Assembly (NCBI GenBank): GCA_963776725.1
Contig: CAVZOE010000007.1
Location: forward strand, 127,592-191,591
Length of the DNA: 64,000 nt
Origin: an uncultured Candidatus Rokubacteria bacterium
GTDB lineage: Bacteria > Methylomirabilota > Methylomirabilia > Rokubacteriales > CSP1-6
Reading direction: 5' to 3'
The notes beneath the pieces were generated by a model. That model saw only the letters and a program-made list of their open reading frames with translations. It was not told the DNA's origin and did no database searches. Every line of letters starts with the position of its first letter. Position 1 is the first letter of the stretch. The position numbers were made by a program, and so were the translations under genes. Of the stretch, positions 29,897 through 40,567 are shown in pieces.

Positions 29897-30987
29897 GGCT
29901 CGATCTCGAGCGCCGTGCGGCGCAGCCGCCTCATCTGTACGTCTCGGTGCCGCTGGTGGCGGTGGGCGCGGCGCTCGCGTTCGGAGCGCTGTTTCTGTGG
30001 GCGAACGGGTTCGACCCGGTGCTGATCTACGTCGAGATGGCCCGGGCCTCCTTCGCGACCCGCTATGGGATCGAAGATTCGCTGATCTCGGCGACGCCGC
30101 TGATCTTCACGGGCCTCGCGGCGGCGATGGCCTTCCGCTTCAGGCTGTACAACGTGGGAGCCGAAGGCCAGCTCATCGCCGGGGCGATATGCTGCGCCGG
30201 CGTCGCACTGGCGATCGGTGAGGCGCTGCCCGGGGGCCTCGGCGTGGCGGTGATCCTGGCGGCCGGCCTGGTGGGCGGCGCGGTCTGGGCGGCGGTGCCC
30301 GCCGTGGCGCGCGCCCGGTTCGGCACCAGCGAGATCATCACCACGCTGCTGCTCAACTACGTGGCGGTGCTGCTCGCGCGGTATCTGATCTTCGGATCGA
30401 AGAGCCTGTGGCGCGATCCCCTGGCCACCAACTTCCCGCAGGGCCGCGCGCTGCCCAGGATGAGCGGGCTGCCGGAGCTCGGCGGCACCCAGATCCATCT
30501 CGGGCTGTTGATAGGCATCGCGTGTGCGCTGCTGATGTTCGCGCTGGTGCGCTGGACGCGGCCCGGATTCGACGCGCGCGTGTTCGGCGATTCGCCCGCC
30601 GCCGCGCGCTACGCGGGTATCAACGTCGCGGGCGTCGTTCTGTTCCTGTTGCTGCTCTCGGGCGCTATCGCCGGGCTCGCCGGCGCCTCCGAGGTCGCCG
30701 GCCGCGCGCACCGCCTGGATCCGACCGGTCTGGCGGTCGGCTTCGGCTATACCGGCATCATCGTCGCGGCCCTGGCTCGCTACCATCCACTCGGCGTCGT
30801 TCCGATCGCGATCTTCGTCGGCGCACTGTCCAACGCGGGCACCACGCTGCAGAGCCTTCCGGGCGGCGGTGTCCCCAGCGCCATCGGTACCGTGCTGCAG
30901 GGCGCCATCCTGATCTTCGTGCTGGCCAGCGAGATCCACGTGACCTATCGGCTACGCTGGCGCCCGGCCGCGCTGCTCTCACAATGA
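29893..30987 (+). CDS. ABC transporter permease of the BMP nucleoside transporter.
   Basis: Polytopic membrane protein with conserved permease segments, overlapping the upstream ATPase stop. Confidence 0.75.
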   Translation: MRLDLERRAAQPPHLYVSVPLVAVGAALAFGALFLWANGFDPVLIYVEMARASFATRYGIEDSLISATPLIFTGLAAAMAFRFRLYNVGAEGQLIAGAICCAGVALAIGEALPGGLGVAVILAAGLVGGAVWAAVPAVARARFGTSEIITTLLLNYVAVLLARYLIFGSKSLWRDPLATNFPQGRALPRMSGLPELGGTQIHLGLLIGIACALLMFALVRWTRPGFDARVFGDSPAAARYAGINVAGVVLFLLLLSGAIAGLAGASEVAGRAHRLDPTGLAVGFGYTGIIVAALARYHPLGVVPIAIFVGALSNAGTTLQSLPGGGVPSAIGTVLQGAILIFVLASEIHVTYRLRWRPAALLSQ

Positions 30988-31009
30988 CGTCCGCCGCGGC
31001 CAGCCGGCC

Positions 31010-31949
31010 ATGAACGAGGGCGTGCTCGTCGTCACCCTGGCGGCCGCGGTGGCGGCCGGCACCCCGCTGGTGCTGGCCGGGCTGGGTGAGCTGCTGACCG
31101 AGCGCGTCGGGGTGGTCAATCTCGGGGTCGAGGGGATGATGTTGATGGGCGCCGTGTCGGCGTTCCTGGTCGCCCAGGCCACTTCCAGCGTGACCGCGGG
31201 GATGTTCGGCGGAATGGGCGCGGCGGCGCTGCTGGCGTTCGTGCACGCCTTTCTCAGCGTCACCATGCGCGCCAACCAGATCGTCTCGGGCTTGGCGCTG
31301 GTGATCTTCGGCAGCGGCGTCGCCATCTTTCTCGGCCGCCCCATCGAGGGCCAGCCGCTCGCCGTGCACCTGGGACAGCTGCAGATCCCGTTGCTCGCGG
31401 AGATTCCGCTCGCCGGCCGCGTGCTGTTCGGGCAGGACATCGTCGTCTACGCGAGCTGGCTGCTCGTGCTCGCGGCGGTGGTCTACCTGCGCTACACCAA
31501 GGCGGGCCTGTGGGCCCGCGCCGTGGGTGAGAGTCCCGGCCACCGCCGATGTCATGGGCGTGCGGGTGACGGCGATCCAGTACGGGCACACGATCGTCGG
31601 CGGCCTGCTGGCCGGGGCGAGCGGCGCGTACCTGATCCTCGCTCGGGTGCCGAACTGGTCCCAGGCGAGTACCACGAGCGGTCTCGGATGGATCGCCGTG
31701 GCACTGGTGGTCTTCGCGTCGTGGCGCCCCGGGCGGCTACTCCTCGGCGCCTATCTGTTCGGAGCCGCGCTGCGCGCGAACTTCGCGCTGCAGGCCGCCG
31801 GCATGCACGGCGTGCCGGCGGAGGTGCTCGCGATGTTGCCCTACCTGCTGACCATCACGGTCATGATCGTGCTGTCCATGCGGAACACGCGGCAGAGACT
31901 GGGCGCGCCGGCGGCACTGGGGACGGCGTACATCCGCAGCGAGCGGTGA
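31010..31949 (+). pseudogene. Second ABC transporter permease of the BMP system. One apparent frameshift near 31525.
   Basis: Membrane segments in frame 31010 continue in frame 31527 (...TAIQYGHTIVGGLLAGASGAYLIL...). Confidence 0.7.
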
Positions 31950-31986
31950 CGGCGGAGGCCGCAAGCCGCAGTCGCGTGCTCGCGAG

Positions 31987-32832
31987 CTAGCGCTTCACGG
32001 CGAGCAGCTCGCCCTCGAACGTCAGCACCAGCTCGATGACCTCCTTGGGCTGGTGCAGCACTCCGTACAGTCCCGCGTACACGGTCGTCTGATCGTCGCC
32101 GCGGCGCTCCGCCTCCCGCACCGCCTCGTCGAGACGCCGGCACGCCTGCTCGTATCGTGCGGGCGCATCGCCGCGGCAGCGCTTCGTCGAGCGACCCCGC
32201 GTAGAGCGACTGCCAGCGGGCCAGGTGGTGGAGGACGCGGCGCAGCGGCCAGCCGCCGTCGGGCGGTTGCCAGTCGAGCTCGGTTCGGGTGAGCGTCGCC
32301 GCGCGCTGCTGGACGAGACGGGCGGCCTGGTCGATGCGCCAGAGCCAGGCGTCGAGGTCGGGCTGCGTCGAGCGGCAGCCGGTCGTCGGGCAGCGTCACG
32401 GTCGACGGGCACCCAGCCGTCGGTCGGCGTCGGCACGAGGCCGTCGCGGCTGCCATGCCAGCCACTGGTCGATCTGATTGAGGTGATCGAGCGCGTGGTC
32501 GAGCACGCGGCGAAGAATCTTGCGCGGTGTGTAGGTGTAGCGTCCGACGCCGGCCGGCGCGGTGAGCGGCGCCGGCTGCCCGTCGGTGAGCCGGTCGAAC
32601 AGCTCGTTGGTCATGAGGCGGGGCACCTCGCGGCCGAGGATCGTGGACGGTGAGCCGGGCCAGGTGGCGCCGGGCCCGCGCGTAGCCGTCCTCGAGATGG
32701 GCGGACGGGATCTCGCGGCGCCGGCACCAGCGTGTGGGCGCCGATCATGCGCGCCGCGGTCGCGTGCGCCAGCACGGTGTCGCCATCGGCGACCGTCTTC
32801 AGAATGCGCTGCCTGGACGTCACGAGCGTTTC
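31987..32832 (-). pseudogene. DinB/YfiT-like protein (mycothiol-dependent maleylpyruvate isomerase N-terminal-like), multiply frameshifted.
   Basis: Fragments in three frames (VETLVTSRQRILKTVADGDTVLAHATAARMIGAHTLV; MTNELFDRLTDGQPAPLTAPAGVGRYTYTPRKILRRVLDHALDHLNQIDQWL; C-terminal ...TTVYAGLYGVLHQPKEVIELVLTFEGELLAVKR). Confidence 0.45.
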
Positions 32833-33065
32833 CACCAGAGACCTCCTTCTGGCTCGAGGATCTCGCGCCGCGCGACGTCCGTCCAATGCATAAACCTGAC
32901 CCCACCCATCAGCGATGGTGATGCATTGGGGCGTACACACCTCACCTGCGGCATCGGCGCCTCAGCGCTCGCACCCGGCGAGTGATTCAAGCGATTGATT
33001 CTAGATGGGTCCATCCTGGTACGTGCGGTGCACCTGCGGCGCCGGGGATTTCCAAGGAGAGCGCA

Positions 33066-34505
33066 ATGACGCGACTCGTCTGGCTGGTGCTGATTGTGTT
33101 CCTGGCCGCGTGCGATGGGCGCACGCCGAAAGTCTCGGATCCGTACGACCCGGCGAGGATGGACCTCAAGCCGAAGCCAGCGCGCGTGACGAACACGGCG
33201 GGGACGGGACCCTTTGCCGCGGGGAACGCGCTGTCGACGACGGTGGTGCTGAAGCCACTCGATCCGGCGCCGGTCAAGGAGGTCCGGCTCGACACGGTCC
33301 ACAAGGTCATCGAGATCGCGCCCGGGGTGAAGTTCAGCGCGTGGACGTTCGGCGGCCAGGTGCCCGGACCCACGGTCCGCGCGCGCGTCGGGGACCGTAT
33401 CCGGTTCACGATGACGAATCGTACCGCCGAGACCCTGCCCGGCGTCAGCCTGACGGCCGCGCCGATGATGCACTCGATGGACTTTCATGCCGCGATGGTG
33501 TCGCCCCAGGACAAGTACCGGTCGATCGCGCCGGGGCAGACGATCGAGTTCGAGTTCACGCTGAACTACCCGGGCGTGTTCATGTACCACTGCGGAACGC
33601 CAATGATCCTCGAGCACATCGCCTCGGGGATGTATGGCGCGGTCGTGGTCGAGCCGGCGACCGGCTACCCGACGAAGGTCGATCGCGAGTACGTCATCGT
33701 CCAGAGTGAGTTCTACACCAAGCCTGATCCCGAGCGCCGCAAGGCGGACGGCGTACCGCTTCACGTCCTCGATGGCGCCCGTCTGCGGGCGTCGCAGCCG
33801 ACCTACACGCTGTTCAACGGCGTGCACAACGGGATGGTGAAGCAGCCGCTCGCGGCGAAGGCGGGCGAGCGGGTACGACTGTACGTCCTCAACGTGGGAC
33901 CGAGCAAGACGTCGAGCTTCCACGTGGTCGGAACGATCTTCGACCGGGTATGGATGGAGGGCAACCCCGACAACCAGTTCCGCGGGATGCAGACCGTACT
34001 GCTGGGCTCGTCGAACAGCGCGATCGTGGAGTTCATGATCCCCGAGGACGGCGCCTACATCATGGTGGATCACCACTTTGCCAACGCCTCCCAGGGCGCC
34101 ATCGGGCTCATCTCGACGACGGCGAAGCCGGCCGAGGCCGATCTCGAACACCACAACATCCCGGCCACGCCGGTGCCCAGTGATCCTGGCGCCCTGCAGG
34201 GGAAGCTCGACTTCGAGAGCAAGTGCCTGGCGTGTCACTCCGTCGGCCAGGGCCGAAAGCTCGGCCCCGATCTGGCCGGCGTGACCAAGCGGCGGAATGA
34301 CGCGTGGCTGTCGCGCTGGCTGAAGTCGCCCGAGAAGATGCTGGAAACGGATGCCGACGCCAAGGCCATGCTGAAGGAGTACAACAACCTCCCGATGCCG
34401 AACCAGAGCCTCTCGGACGCCGAGGTCCGCCAGTACTTGCAGTACTTCCACTGGATCGATGCCCAGCCTACGGGTACGGTGACCTCCAGTGGCGCCGGGC
34501 ACTGA
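33066..34505 (+). CDS. nirK: Copper-containing nitrite reductase NirK with a C-terminal mono-haem cytochrome c domain; lipoprotein signal.
   Basis: Lipobox LAAC. Type-2 Cu motif HSMDFHAA. Type-1 Cu motif YHCGT...ILEHIASGMYG (C-x7-H-x4-M). C-terminal CLACHS haem site. ATG 33066 with AGGAGA RBS. Confidence 0.85.
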   Translation: MTRLVWLVLIVFLAACDGRTPKVSDPYDPARMDLKPKPARVTNTAGTGPFAAGNALSTTVVLKPLDPAPVKEVRLDTVHKVIEIAPGVKFSAWTFGGQVPGPTVRARVGDRIRFTMTNRTAETLPGVSLTAAPMMHSMDFHAAMVSPQDKYRSIAPGQTIEFEFTLNYPGVFMYHCGTPMILEHIASGMYGAVVVEPATGYPTKVDREYVIVQSEFYTKPDPERRKADGVPLHVLDGARLRASQPTYTLFNGVHNGMVKQPLAAKAGERVRLYVLNVGPSKTSSFHVVGTIFDRVWMEGNPDNQFRGMQTVLLGSSNSAIVEFMIPEDGAYIMVDHHFANASQGAIGLISTTAKPAEADLEHHNIPATPVPSDPGALQGKLDFESKCLACHSVGQGRKLGPDLAGVTKRRNDAWLSRWLKSPEKMLETDADAKAMLKEYNNLPMPNQSLSDAEVRQYLQYFHWIDAQPTGTVTSSGAGH

Positions 34506-34529
34506 TGAGGAGCATCCAAGGAGGCACCA

Positions 34530-34852
34530 TGACCGAGCTCGAGGGGGTCCTTGCCCTGTCCGAGCTTCTCGACTACCAGGCGGGCGCGGTCGTCAGTCGT
34601 ACACTCCTCAAGAAAGAGGCGGGCACCGTTACGGCGTTCGCGTTCGACGTCGGTGAGGGCCTCAGCGAGCACACCGCGCCCTTCGACGCGCTCGTGGTGA
34701 TGGTCGACGGCGCGGCCGAGATCTCGATCGCCGGCATGCCTCATCGCGTCACGGCCGGGCACCTGCTCCACCTGCCTGCCGGCCGACCGCATGCCGTCAA
34801 GGCGGTAACACGGTTCAAGATGCTCCTCATCATGATCCGGGGGGCGGCCTAG
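34530..34852 (+). CDS. Cupin-domain protein, translationally coupled to nirK.
   Basis: 107-aa small-barrel translation (…DALVVMVDGAAEISIAGMPHRVTAGHLLHLPAGRPHAVKA…). GGAGG RBS; start 25 nt after the nirK stop. Confidence 0.6.
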
Positions 34853-34880
34853 ACGGCGCCCGCCCGGACGCGCACTCGGC

Positions 34881-35708
34881 CTAGACCCGGCCCGGCGGCT
34901 CCTCCGGCGCCAGCGGATATCCCCACCGATCTCCGGCGCCGCGCCGGAAGGCGTGGGCCATGAGCTGGGCGCGGCTCGTCACCTTGAAGTGGCGATAGAG
35001 CGCGGTCACGTACTGATGCGCCGTCGCCTGGCTCACGCCGAGCCGGCTCGCCACCTGCTTCTCGCTGTCGCCCTCCAGCAGACACGCCAGCGTCTGCCGC
35101 ACCCGCGGGGCGAGCGTATCCGGCCGCGGCTCGGTGGCGCTGACGAGCGCGTGCCCGATCAGCGAGCCGAGCTCGCCGTGGAAGAAGCTCAGCAGCCGCC
35201 GCGCGCGCGACGAGAACTCGCGCTCGCCCACCGTTCGGTGCAGGCAGATCACGCTGACCGCGCCGCCGTCCGAGACCTGGTAGACCGATACGAGCCGGTC
35301 GTCGATCTTCGCCGGCCGATGATAGTCGCACCAGACGACGGACCGATACCACTCGGTGTCGTGCACGAGCTGGCGCCGCGTGCGGGTCACGAGCTGGCCA
35401 GGGATGTGCTGGAGCGCACGAAAGACCGGGTCGCCTGCCGGCGTGATCTCGCGCATGTACGCCATGTACAGCTCGAACCCGTGGACATCGCAGCCGGTCT
35501 GGAACGCGGAGAGGGGCTGGACGGTGCCATCCGGGCGCGGCCATTGCCCTTCGCCTCCCGTCGCCATCGGGCCGCCGATCAGCCGGCACAAGCCCGCGAG
35601 CATCTGTCGATGCCAGAGGGCGGGGTCGCTCCCGAGATCGCGACACTCTCCGATCAGCCGGTAGGCGTCGCGGGCGTCCTGGAACCGCAGCAGGTCAGAC
35701 TTCTCCAT
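34881..35708 (-). CDS. LuxR-family transcriptional regulator.
   Basis: C-terminal HTH LTPRVRQTLACLLEGDSEKQVASRLGVSQATAHQYVTALYRHF. Confidence 0.75.
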   Translation of the reverse strand: MEKSDLLRFQDARDAYRLIGECRDLGSDPALWHRQMLAGLCRLIGGPMATGGEGQWPRPDGTVQPLSAFQTGCDVHGFELYMAYMREITPAGDPVFRALQHIPGQLVTRTRRQLVHDTEWYRSVVWCDYHRPAKIDDRLVSVYQVSDGGAVSVICLHRTVGEREFSSRARRLLSFFHGELGSLIGHALVSATEPRPDTLAPRVRQTLACLLEGDSEKQVASRLGVSQATAHQYVTALYRHFKVTSRAQLMAHAFRRGAGDRWGYPLAPEEPPGRV

Positions 35709-35896
35709 AGGCCCGTGACTCCTCTGTTTAGAGGAATTGTCGGGCCTCCCTCGCGGGTCTAAGACCTGACAAGCCTCCGGCCTCGTGGTCTCAACGTAGT
35801 GCTGCGGCCACCGGCAGTCAATCGCCGCTGCGCCGCCTCACGGGCGGCGGGCTGGGGCAGGACAACGTCGTCAGCACGACGGCACAGGAGGGATCC

Positions 35897-37357
35897 ATGA
35901 CTCGACATCGGGGTCGATACGTGGGAATCGTGTTGGTTCTTGCCGCGCTGGCTGGCGGCTGGCTCGATACCTCGCCAGCGCGTGGACAGAGCGGTGACCG
36001 GCAGCGCGTGTCGGTCTTCACGGCCGACAACGAGTCGGGCGCGGCCCAGACGATCAGCGTGAACGGCGGACCGGTGGTGGACGAGGCCAACCCGTTCTTT
36101 CTGGACCTCGGCATCAACGGCCGTCGCTGCGTGACCTGCCATCAGCCCGGTGAAAACATGACGGTGAGCGCGGCGGGCCTTCAGGACCGCTTCCGCGCCA
36201 CCCGCGGGACGGACCCGATCTTCCGCACGAACGACGGGTCGAACTCGCCGCTGGCCGACGTCTCGACCACTGACGCGCGCCGTGCGGCGTACAGCATGCT
36301 GCTGCGCAAGGGCGTGATCCGCGTCGGTCTCTCCATCCCGACCACCGCCGAGTTCGAGCTCGTGGCGGTCCGCGACCCGTACGGCTACGCGGGCCACAAC
36401 GCCAACAACAACGAGCTCTCGCTCTTTCGCCGCCCGCTGCCGGCGACCAACCTGGGCTTCCTCAGCACGGTGATGTGGGACGGCCGCGAGACGCTTCAGA
36501 GGGGATCGGCGGCGGCGATTCACTTCGATCTCGACGACCAGGCCAACAGCGCCACGCAGGGCCACGCCCAGGCGCCCAGCCCGATCGACCAGGCCACGCG
36601 GGATGCGATCTTCGAATTCGAGACGGGGTTGTTCACCGCCCAGATCTTCGACAACCGGGCGGGCAAGCTCGATTCCGGCGGCGCCGAGGGTGGTCCGGAC
36701 TCGCTCTCCCTGCAGCCGTTCGTCTTCGGGGCCAACGATCCGCTCGGCTGCGACGTCAACGGGGCCAACTGCAATCCGGCGAACGCGGTATTCGACCCCA
36801 TCGTCTACACCGAGTTCGACGCCTGGGCGGGCCTGAGCGGCACCGACCGCAATCGGGCCCGCGCCTCCGTGGCGCGGGGCCAGGCCCTCTTCAATACGTT
36901 GCCGATCCCGATCAGAAACGTGGGCGGCATCAACGACGATTTCAAGGTTCCGGTCGTCATGGGAACCTGCACGACCTGCCACGACACCCCGCACGCCGGC
37001 GACCACTCGGTGCCGGCGCCGCTCAACATCGGCATCGCCGACCCGCCGGCCCGCGATGGCCTGAACGCCTTTGGGCTTCCAGTCGGTGACATGCCCGTCT
37101 ACAAGCTGCGGAACAAGACGACGGGCGAGATCAAGATCGTGACCGATCCCGGGCGGGCGCTCATCACCGGCTTGTGGAAGGACGTGGGGCGCTTCAAGGG
37201 CCCGATCCTGCGCGGGCTGGTCGGCCGGGCGCCGTACTTCCACAACGGCTCGGCCACCACCCTGGCCGACGCCGTGAACTTCTACGACGTGCGCTTCGCC
37301 CTCAACCTGACCCAGCGTCAGAAGGACGACCTGGTCGCCTTCCTCCACTCGCTCTAG
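35897..37357 (+). CDS. Di-haem cytochrome c peroxidase-like protein (CCP/MauG superfamily), secreted.
   Basis: Signal peptide and two CxxCH motifs (CVTCHQ, CTTCHD). Confidence 0.65.
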   Translation: MTRHRGRYVGIVLVLAALAGGWLDTSPARGQSGDRQRVSVFTADNESGAAQTISVNGGPVVDEANPFFLDLGINGRRCVTCHQPGENMTVSAAGLQDRFRATRGTDPIFRTNDGSNSPLADVSTTDARRAAYSMLLRKGVIRVGLSIPTTAEFELVAVRDPYGYAGHNANNNELSLFRRPLPATNLGFLSTVMWDGRETLQRGSAAAIHFDLDDQANSATQGHAQAPSPIDQATRDAIFEFETGLFTAQIFDNRAGKLDSGGAEGGPDSLSLQPFVFGANDPLGCDVNGANCNPANAVFDPIVYTEFDAWAGLSGTDRNRARASVARGQALFNTLPIPIRNVGGINDDFKVPVVMGTCTTCHDTPHAGDHSVPAPLNIGIADPPARDGLNAFGLPVGDMPVYKLRNKTTGEIKIVTDPGRALITGLWKDVGRFKGPILRGLVGRAPYFHNGSATTLADAVNFYDVRFALNLTQRQKDDLVAFLHSL

Positions 37358-37364
37358 TTCTCGT

Positions 37365-37403
37365 GGCCGCCGGCCGCCTCATCATCCGATGGGGCGGCCG
37401 GCG
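37365..37403. terminator. Bidirectional terminator hairpin between convergent genes.
   Basis: GGCCGCCGGCCGCC...GGGCGGCCGGCG GC-rich inverted repeat. Confidence 0.45.
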
Positions 37404-37408
37404 ACTCT

Positions 37409-39010
37409 TCACGGATTCGCCGCGAGGAACGCGCGCGCCTCCGCCGTCTCCGGCCGCGGGCTCCCCTGACCAGCCAGCTTCACGAGCGCGGTGAAGTACT
37501 GCTTGGCCTTCGCCTTGTCGCCGCTCCGGGCGGCCGCGGTGGCGGCGCCGTAGTAGCCGCGGTAGCGCTCGGGCTCGCGCAGCTGCGAGGTCTCGAACTC
37601 CTTCAGCGCCTCGGCGGGGCGCTTCTGCTCCAGCAGCATCTCGCCCAGCAGCTCGCGCGCGGGCAGCAGGCGGGCGGGGGTGACGATGTGCTTCTCGCTC
37701 TTGTCCTCGATGTCCGCCGCGCGGCGCATGAGGCCGAGCGCCTCGTCGGCCTTGCCCTGTGCGTGCGCCGCCCAGGCCGCGGTGGCCAGCCGGCTCACCT
37801 CGATCTCGGTGGCCCAGTACTCGCTCTTCGCCGTCTTCATGGCGTCGCGCAGCCGCCCCAGCTCCTCGGCCTCCTTGTCCGCCGCCGCGGCGTTCCCGGT
37901 GCGTGCGGCGCCGAGCCCGCGGGCGAAGTACGTCATGGCGACGGTGAAGGGAAACTGGCTCGGCCGGGGCTCGAGGGTCATCGCCTGCTTCCAGTCACCG
38001 CGCTCGACCGCATAGCGCGCCGGTATCGCTGCCTGGGCGTAGGGGCCGGCGAAGCGCATGGAGGCACCGGTGACGGCCGCGGCCGTCTCGACCATCCGGC
38101 TCGCATCGGTGTCACGGGCGAGCTGTAGCTCGGCGTACACCATGTAGTCCATGGCGTGCAGCTGCTCGTCGATGTCCTTTTCCTGCTTGGCCGCTTCCGC
38201 CGAGCGCTCGTTGGTGGCGATCGACTCGCTCCACGAGCCGACGCGCGTGAAGATATGCGAGGGCATGTGCAGTGCGTGGGGCGCCGACGGCGCGATGCCC
38301 GCATAGCGTCGCGCCGCCGGCAGTCCCTTGGAGGCGATGGGCGGGGCGTCGTAGCTGTGGATCAGATAGTGCGCGACGCCGGGATGGTCCGGATACTTGG
38401 CGAACTCCTTCTCGAGGATTTCGGTCGCCTTGAGATAGGTCGCGTAGGTCTGATCGGCGAGCGATTGCGTGGCGGCCAGGTAGAGCGCGTAGAAGATCTG
38501 CGCCTCGTCGTCGTTGGGATAGCGCGCGGCCAGCGCCTCGAACGCCTTGGCCCGGTTGGCCTGACGCGTGCGCTCGGGCCGGTTGGCCCAGTCCTCGTAG
38601 TAGGCGGCCACGGCCTCGATGTAGTCGCGCTCGCGCGGGGTCTTCGCTCCGATCTTTCGCCCCTCGTCGATGGCCGCCTGCGCGCGCTGGGCCCCTTGCG
38701 GTGAAGACCCGACGCCGGCGAGCGGATTGGACATCAGGAGCGCGGCGATGCCCCACGTCGCGATCGCGCAGGACGGATCCTGGGCCAGCACCTCGCGAAA
38801 GGCCTTCTCCCCCTCGCCGTAGCGGAAGGAGTGCAGCATGGCGACGGAGCGCTGGAAGTTGGCCTGCACCGCGGGGCCGCAGGAGTTCTGGAAATTCACC
38901 GTGCCGAGCTGATCGGTGGACTGGCCCTGGGCCGGCCGACCCGGCGTGATGAGCAGAACGGAGAGCACGAAGGCGAGCAACGCCCAAGCAATGGTGCGGT
39001 ATGTGTTCAT
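37409..39010 (-). CDS. Secreted TPR-repeat protein.
   Basis: Signal peptide MNTYRTIAWALLAFVLSVLL, then TPR-like helical repeats. Confidence 0.6.
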   Translation of the reverse strand: MNTYRTIAWALLAFVLSVLLITPGRPAQGQSTDQLGTVNFQNSCGPAVQANFQRSVAMLHSFRYGEGEKAFREVLAQDPSCAIATWGIAALLMSNPLAGVGSSPQGAQRAQAAIDEGRKIGAKTPRERDYIEAVAAYYEDWANRPERTRQANRAKAFEALAARYPNDDEAQIFYALYLAATQSLADQTYATYLKATEILEKEFAKYPDHPGVAHYLIHSYDAPPIASKGLPAARRYAGIAPSAPHALHMPSHIFTRVGSWSESIATNERSAEAAKQEKDIDEQLHAMDYMVYAELQLARDTDASRMVETAAAVTGASMRFAGPYAQAAIPARYAVERGDWKQAMTLEPRPSQFPFTVAMTYFARGLGAARTGNAAAADKEAEELGRLRDAMKTAKSEYWATEIEVSRLATAAWAAHAQGKADEALGLMRRAADIEDKSEKHIVTPARLLPARELLGEMLLEQKRPAEALKEFETSQLREPERYRGYYGAATAAARSGDKAKAKQYFTALVKLAGQGSPRPETAEARAFLAANP

Positions 39011-39231
39011 TCTGACTCCTCGTGTGACGGTGGCGTCCACGGTGCTGGCTGCGGGTGACCCACGTGCCCGCCGCTAGCCCTGAGAGCACTTACCATGGCA
39101 CTGAATCCTGGCCAATTCCACCGCCTCTCCCTTTTTGGCGTGTCGGGGATTCCCCCACTATCCATGAGGGCAGCGGCAGGGTACAAGCGGCACGAGAGCG
39201 TCGTCGCGGGATACCCGGGGCGGAGGAGACC

Positions 39232-40530
39232 ATGGCACGAGCGGCCGGCACGAAACCGAAGCAATGGACCATCATGGTCTACCTCGCCGGTGACAACAAT
39301 CTCGATAGCGCCGGCGTCGCCGATCTCGCCGAGATGAAATCCGTCGGGTCCACCGACCAGGTCACGATCGTCGCGCAGTTCGACCGATCCGGCCGCAACA
39401 GTGTGACCAATCGGTACCTTCTCCGGAAGGGAACGACACTCGCCGAGGACCTCGTCACCGCGCTCGGGGAAACCAACACTGGCGATCCCGCCGTCCTCGC
39501 CGATTTCGTCACGTGGGCCGTCACCACGTATCCGGCCCGGCGCTACATGCTGGTGATCTGGAATCACGGCTCCGGGTGGGACGACTCCAACCTCTACCAG
39601 GACACCTACTTCAGTGGGGCGGCGCCACCCGTGATCCGGAAGGGCCGGGTGATCAGCGCTGCACGTTCGGCCACCCCGATCGAGCCGGTCCGGATGGGCA
39701 CGGCGCGGGCGGCGGTCAAGCGTGCCCGTCGCGCCCTGTTTCAGCCCACGGTCATCTCCATGGTGTCGTCCCGGGCCATCGCGTTCGACGATCAGGCCAA
39801 GGACTTCCTCGACAACATCGAGCTCAAGCGGGTGCTCACCGGCATCCGCCGGCGCCTCGAGCAGAAGATCGACATCCTCGGATTCGACGCGTGTCTGATG
39901 AGCATGGTGGAGGTCGCGTACCAGATCCGCGACTCGGTCAACCTGACATGTGGGTCCGAGGAGGAAGAGCCCGGCGACGGCTGGCCGTACGACACGATCC
40001 TGAAATCACTCACCGCCCGTCCCTCGATGACGCCGCCCGACCTGGCCAAGGTGATCGTGGATCGATACCTGGCGTCGTACAAGCCGCGCGATGGAGTCAC
40101 CCTGGCCGCCGCGAATCTGGCGGGCATCGGACCGCTCGTGGACGCGGTCAATCAGCTCGGCCGCGCGCTCACCCCCCTGCTCACCGATGCCGGCGCCCGC
40201 AGCACGGTCATCGCTCTTCGATCACAGGTCCAGGAGTACACCGCGCCGTACGACCAGTACTGTGACCTCGCGGATCTCTGCGATCTGCTGGTCGAGCGAG
40301 TCGCCAATCCTGGCCTCGGGCGGGCGTGTCAGACGGTCCACGCCGCTCTCGGCAAGGTCATCATCGCCAGCGGGGCCAAGGGCCCCCGCGTCGCGCATTC
40401 GCACGGGATCTCCGTCTATTTCCCCAAGAAGACCGTGTCACCCCTGTACTCGACCCTGGACTTTGCGAAGCGACGCGGATGGGCCGCCTTCATCGATGCC
40501 TACGTCCGGAGCGTGGGACGGCGCCGCTAG
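39232..40530 (+). CDS. Clostripain-family (peptidase C11) cysteine peptidase, cytoplasmic.
   Basis: WTIMVYLAGDNNLD. Catalytic His in VIWNHGSGW and Cys in GFDACLMS. GGAGGAG RBS before ATG 39232. No signal peptide. Confidence 0.8.
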   Translation: MARAAGTKPKQWTIMVYLAGDNNLDSAGVADLAEMKSVGSTDQVTIVAQFDRSGRNSVTNRYLLRKGTTLAEDLVTALGETNTGDPAVLADFVTWAVTTYPARRYMLVIWNHGSGWDDSNLYQDTYFSGAAPPVIRKGRVISAARSATPIEPVRMGTARAAVKRARRALFQPTVISMVSSRAIAFDDQAKDFLDNIELKRVLTGIRRRLEQKIDILGFDACLMSMVEVAYQIRDSVNLTCGSEEEEPGDGWPYDTILKSLTARPSMTPPDLAKVIVDRYLASYKPRDGVTLAAANLAGIGPLVDAVNQLGRALTPLLTDAGARSTVIALRSQVQEYTAPYDQYCDLADLCDLLVERVANPGLGRACQTVHAALGKVIIASGAKGPRVAHSHGISVYFPKKTVSPLYSTLDFAKRRGWAAFIDAYVRSVGRRR

Positions 40531-40567
40531 CGCACATGCCTGTGCCACCCCGAGGAGGAGACGCGCG

